A stretch of DNA of 64,000 nt from Eledone cirrhosa (Eukaryota), in assembly GCA_964016885.1 (NCBI GenBank), contig OZ024742.1, positions 329,034,001 through 329,098,000 on the forward strand. The letters are read 5' to 3'. Shown here in pieces: positions 63,212-64,000 of this stretch. The notes under the pieces were generated by a model, which saw only the letters and a program-made list of their open reading frames with translations, did not search any database and was not told where the DNA came from. The position numbers and the translations under genes were made by a program. How positions within the stretch are numbered: the first letter of the stretch is position 1; every line of letters starts with the position of its first letter.

Positions 63212-63312
63212 AATTTCTATATTAAATATGTATACTCTGCTATACATTGAGTACCTTACTGTGGTTAGCCCGATTGTACTCGGTATAAACACACACATAT
63301 ATATATATATAC

Positions 63313-63367
<55 letters not shown>

Positions 63368-63750
63368 TATTATATCCGACATTAAAATATACAGGAAGTT
63401 CTTGGTTGACCTCACATATTAATTCCCACCTTCATTCCTCTCTAGTATTTAATTCAACAAATCGGAAGGTCGCTAATCTAAATTGAACTCATTTCCATCG
63501 TTAAATCGTTTATTATTTTGTCTATTGTCTCGCTAGTAAGAATGACTATATTAACATATAAATATTTTCTTTTCTACGCCTGTATATCTTAGAGAATAAA
63601 GTGCTGTTTCACCGGGTGTCTGATACACATCTTTTATGTTACGTACTACAAAATATGTGAAGTAATTATTTCATTAGACAAAGTGACATTTGTGTTTGTG
63701 ATTTGGTTCAATGTCTATAAGAAGTTGATAAGTTTTGCATGTAGGGCGAC

Positions 63751-63789
<39 letters not shown>

Positions 63790-64000
63790 GAGTGAGAGAG
63801 AGAGAGTATTTGTATAATATACATGCTAGTGTATGAATGTCTGTGTTTATGAAATAACAATGAACTAATTGTGGGTGTATGTGAAACTAGTGTTGAAAAC
63901 TTGTGTTGAATCTGTGACATTTTATACTTAGTCACACAATATACACACACGAGGAAATTAAGCACACAGGTATATCTCAGTGGATGTATATATGTGCAAA

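Larger units (their letters stand above)
63086..63290. mobile_element. Palindromic mini-element, family B, copy 3 (long arm on the right)
   Basis: Inverted arms around ~63158; same terminal sequence as the 20063 and 60049 copies. Confidence 0.88.

Overview
Eukaryotic, AT-rich, microsatellite-dense DNA; the SINE families and (TA)n density suggest an octopod cephalopod (inference). The only host gene is coding exon 1 of a heparan sulfate glucosamine 3-O-sulfotransferase (3483-5494, +), which has a very long low-complexity stem and ends at a GT donor. No second exon is visible, so the remaining ~58 kb appears intronic, with a 200-N gap at 27633-27832. That region holds many tRNA-derived SINEs, a 5'-truncated Penelope-like element (RT + GIY-YIG), an RTE LINE with a twin-priming-type inversion, short RTE-derived elements, a hAT element with an 8-bp TSD, a Helitron end and Tc1-like MITEs. 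The most striking signal is several unrelated families of 190-470 bp head-to-head palindromes embedded in (TA)n tracts. Most carry a type I hammerhead ribozyme motif next to the symmetry centre, some with variant cores (CAGAAGA, UUGAAAA, U-U closure of stem II, very long stem II). One palindrome family matches the 3' end of the Penelope-like element. All folds were read by eye and none is tested.
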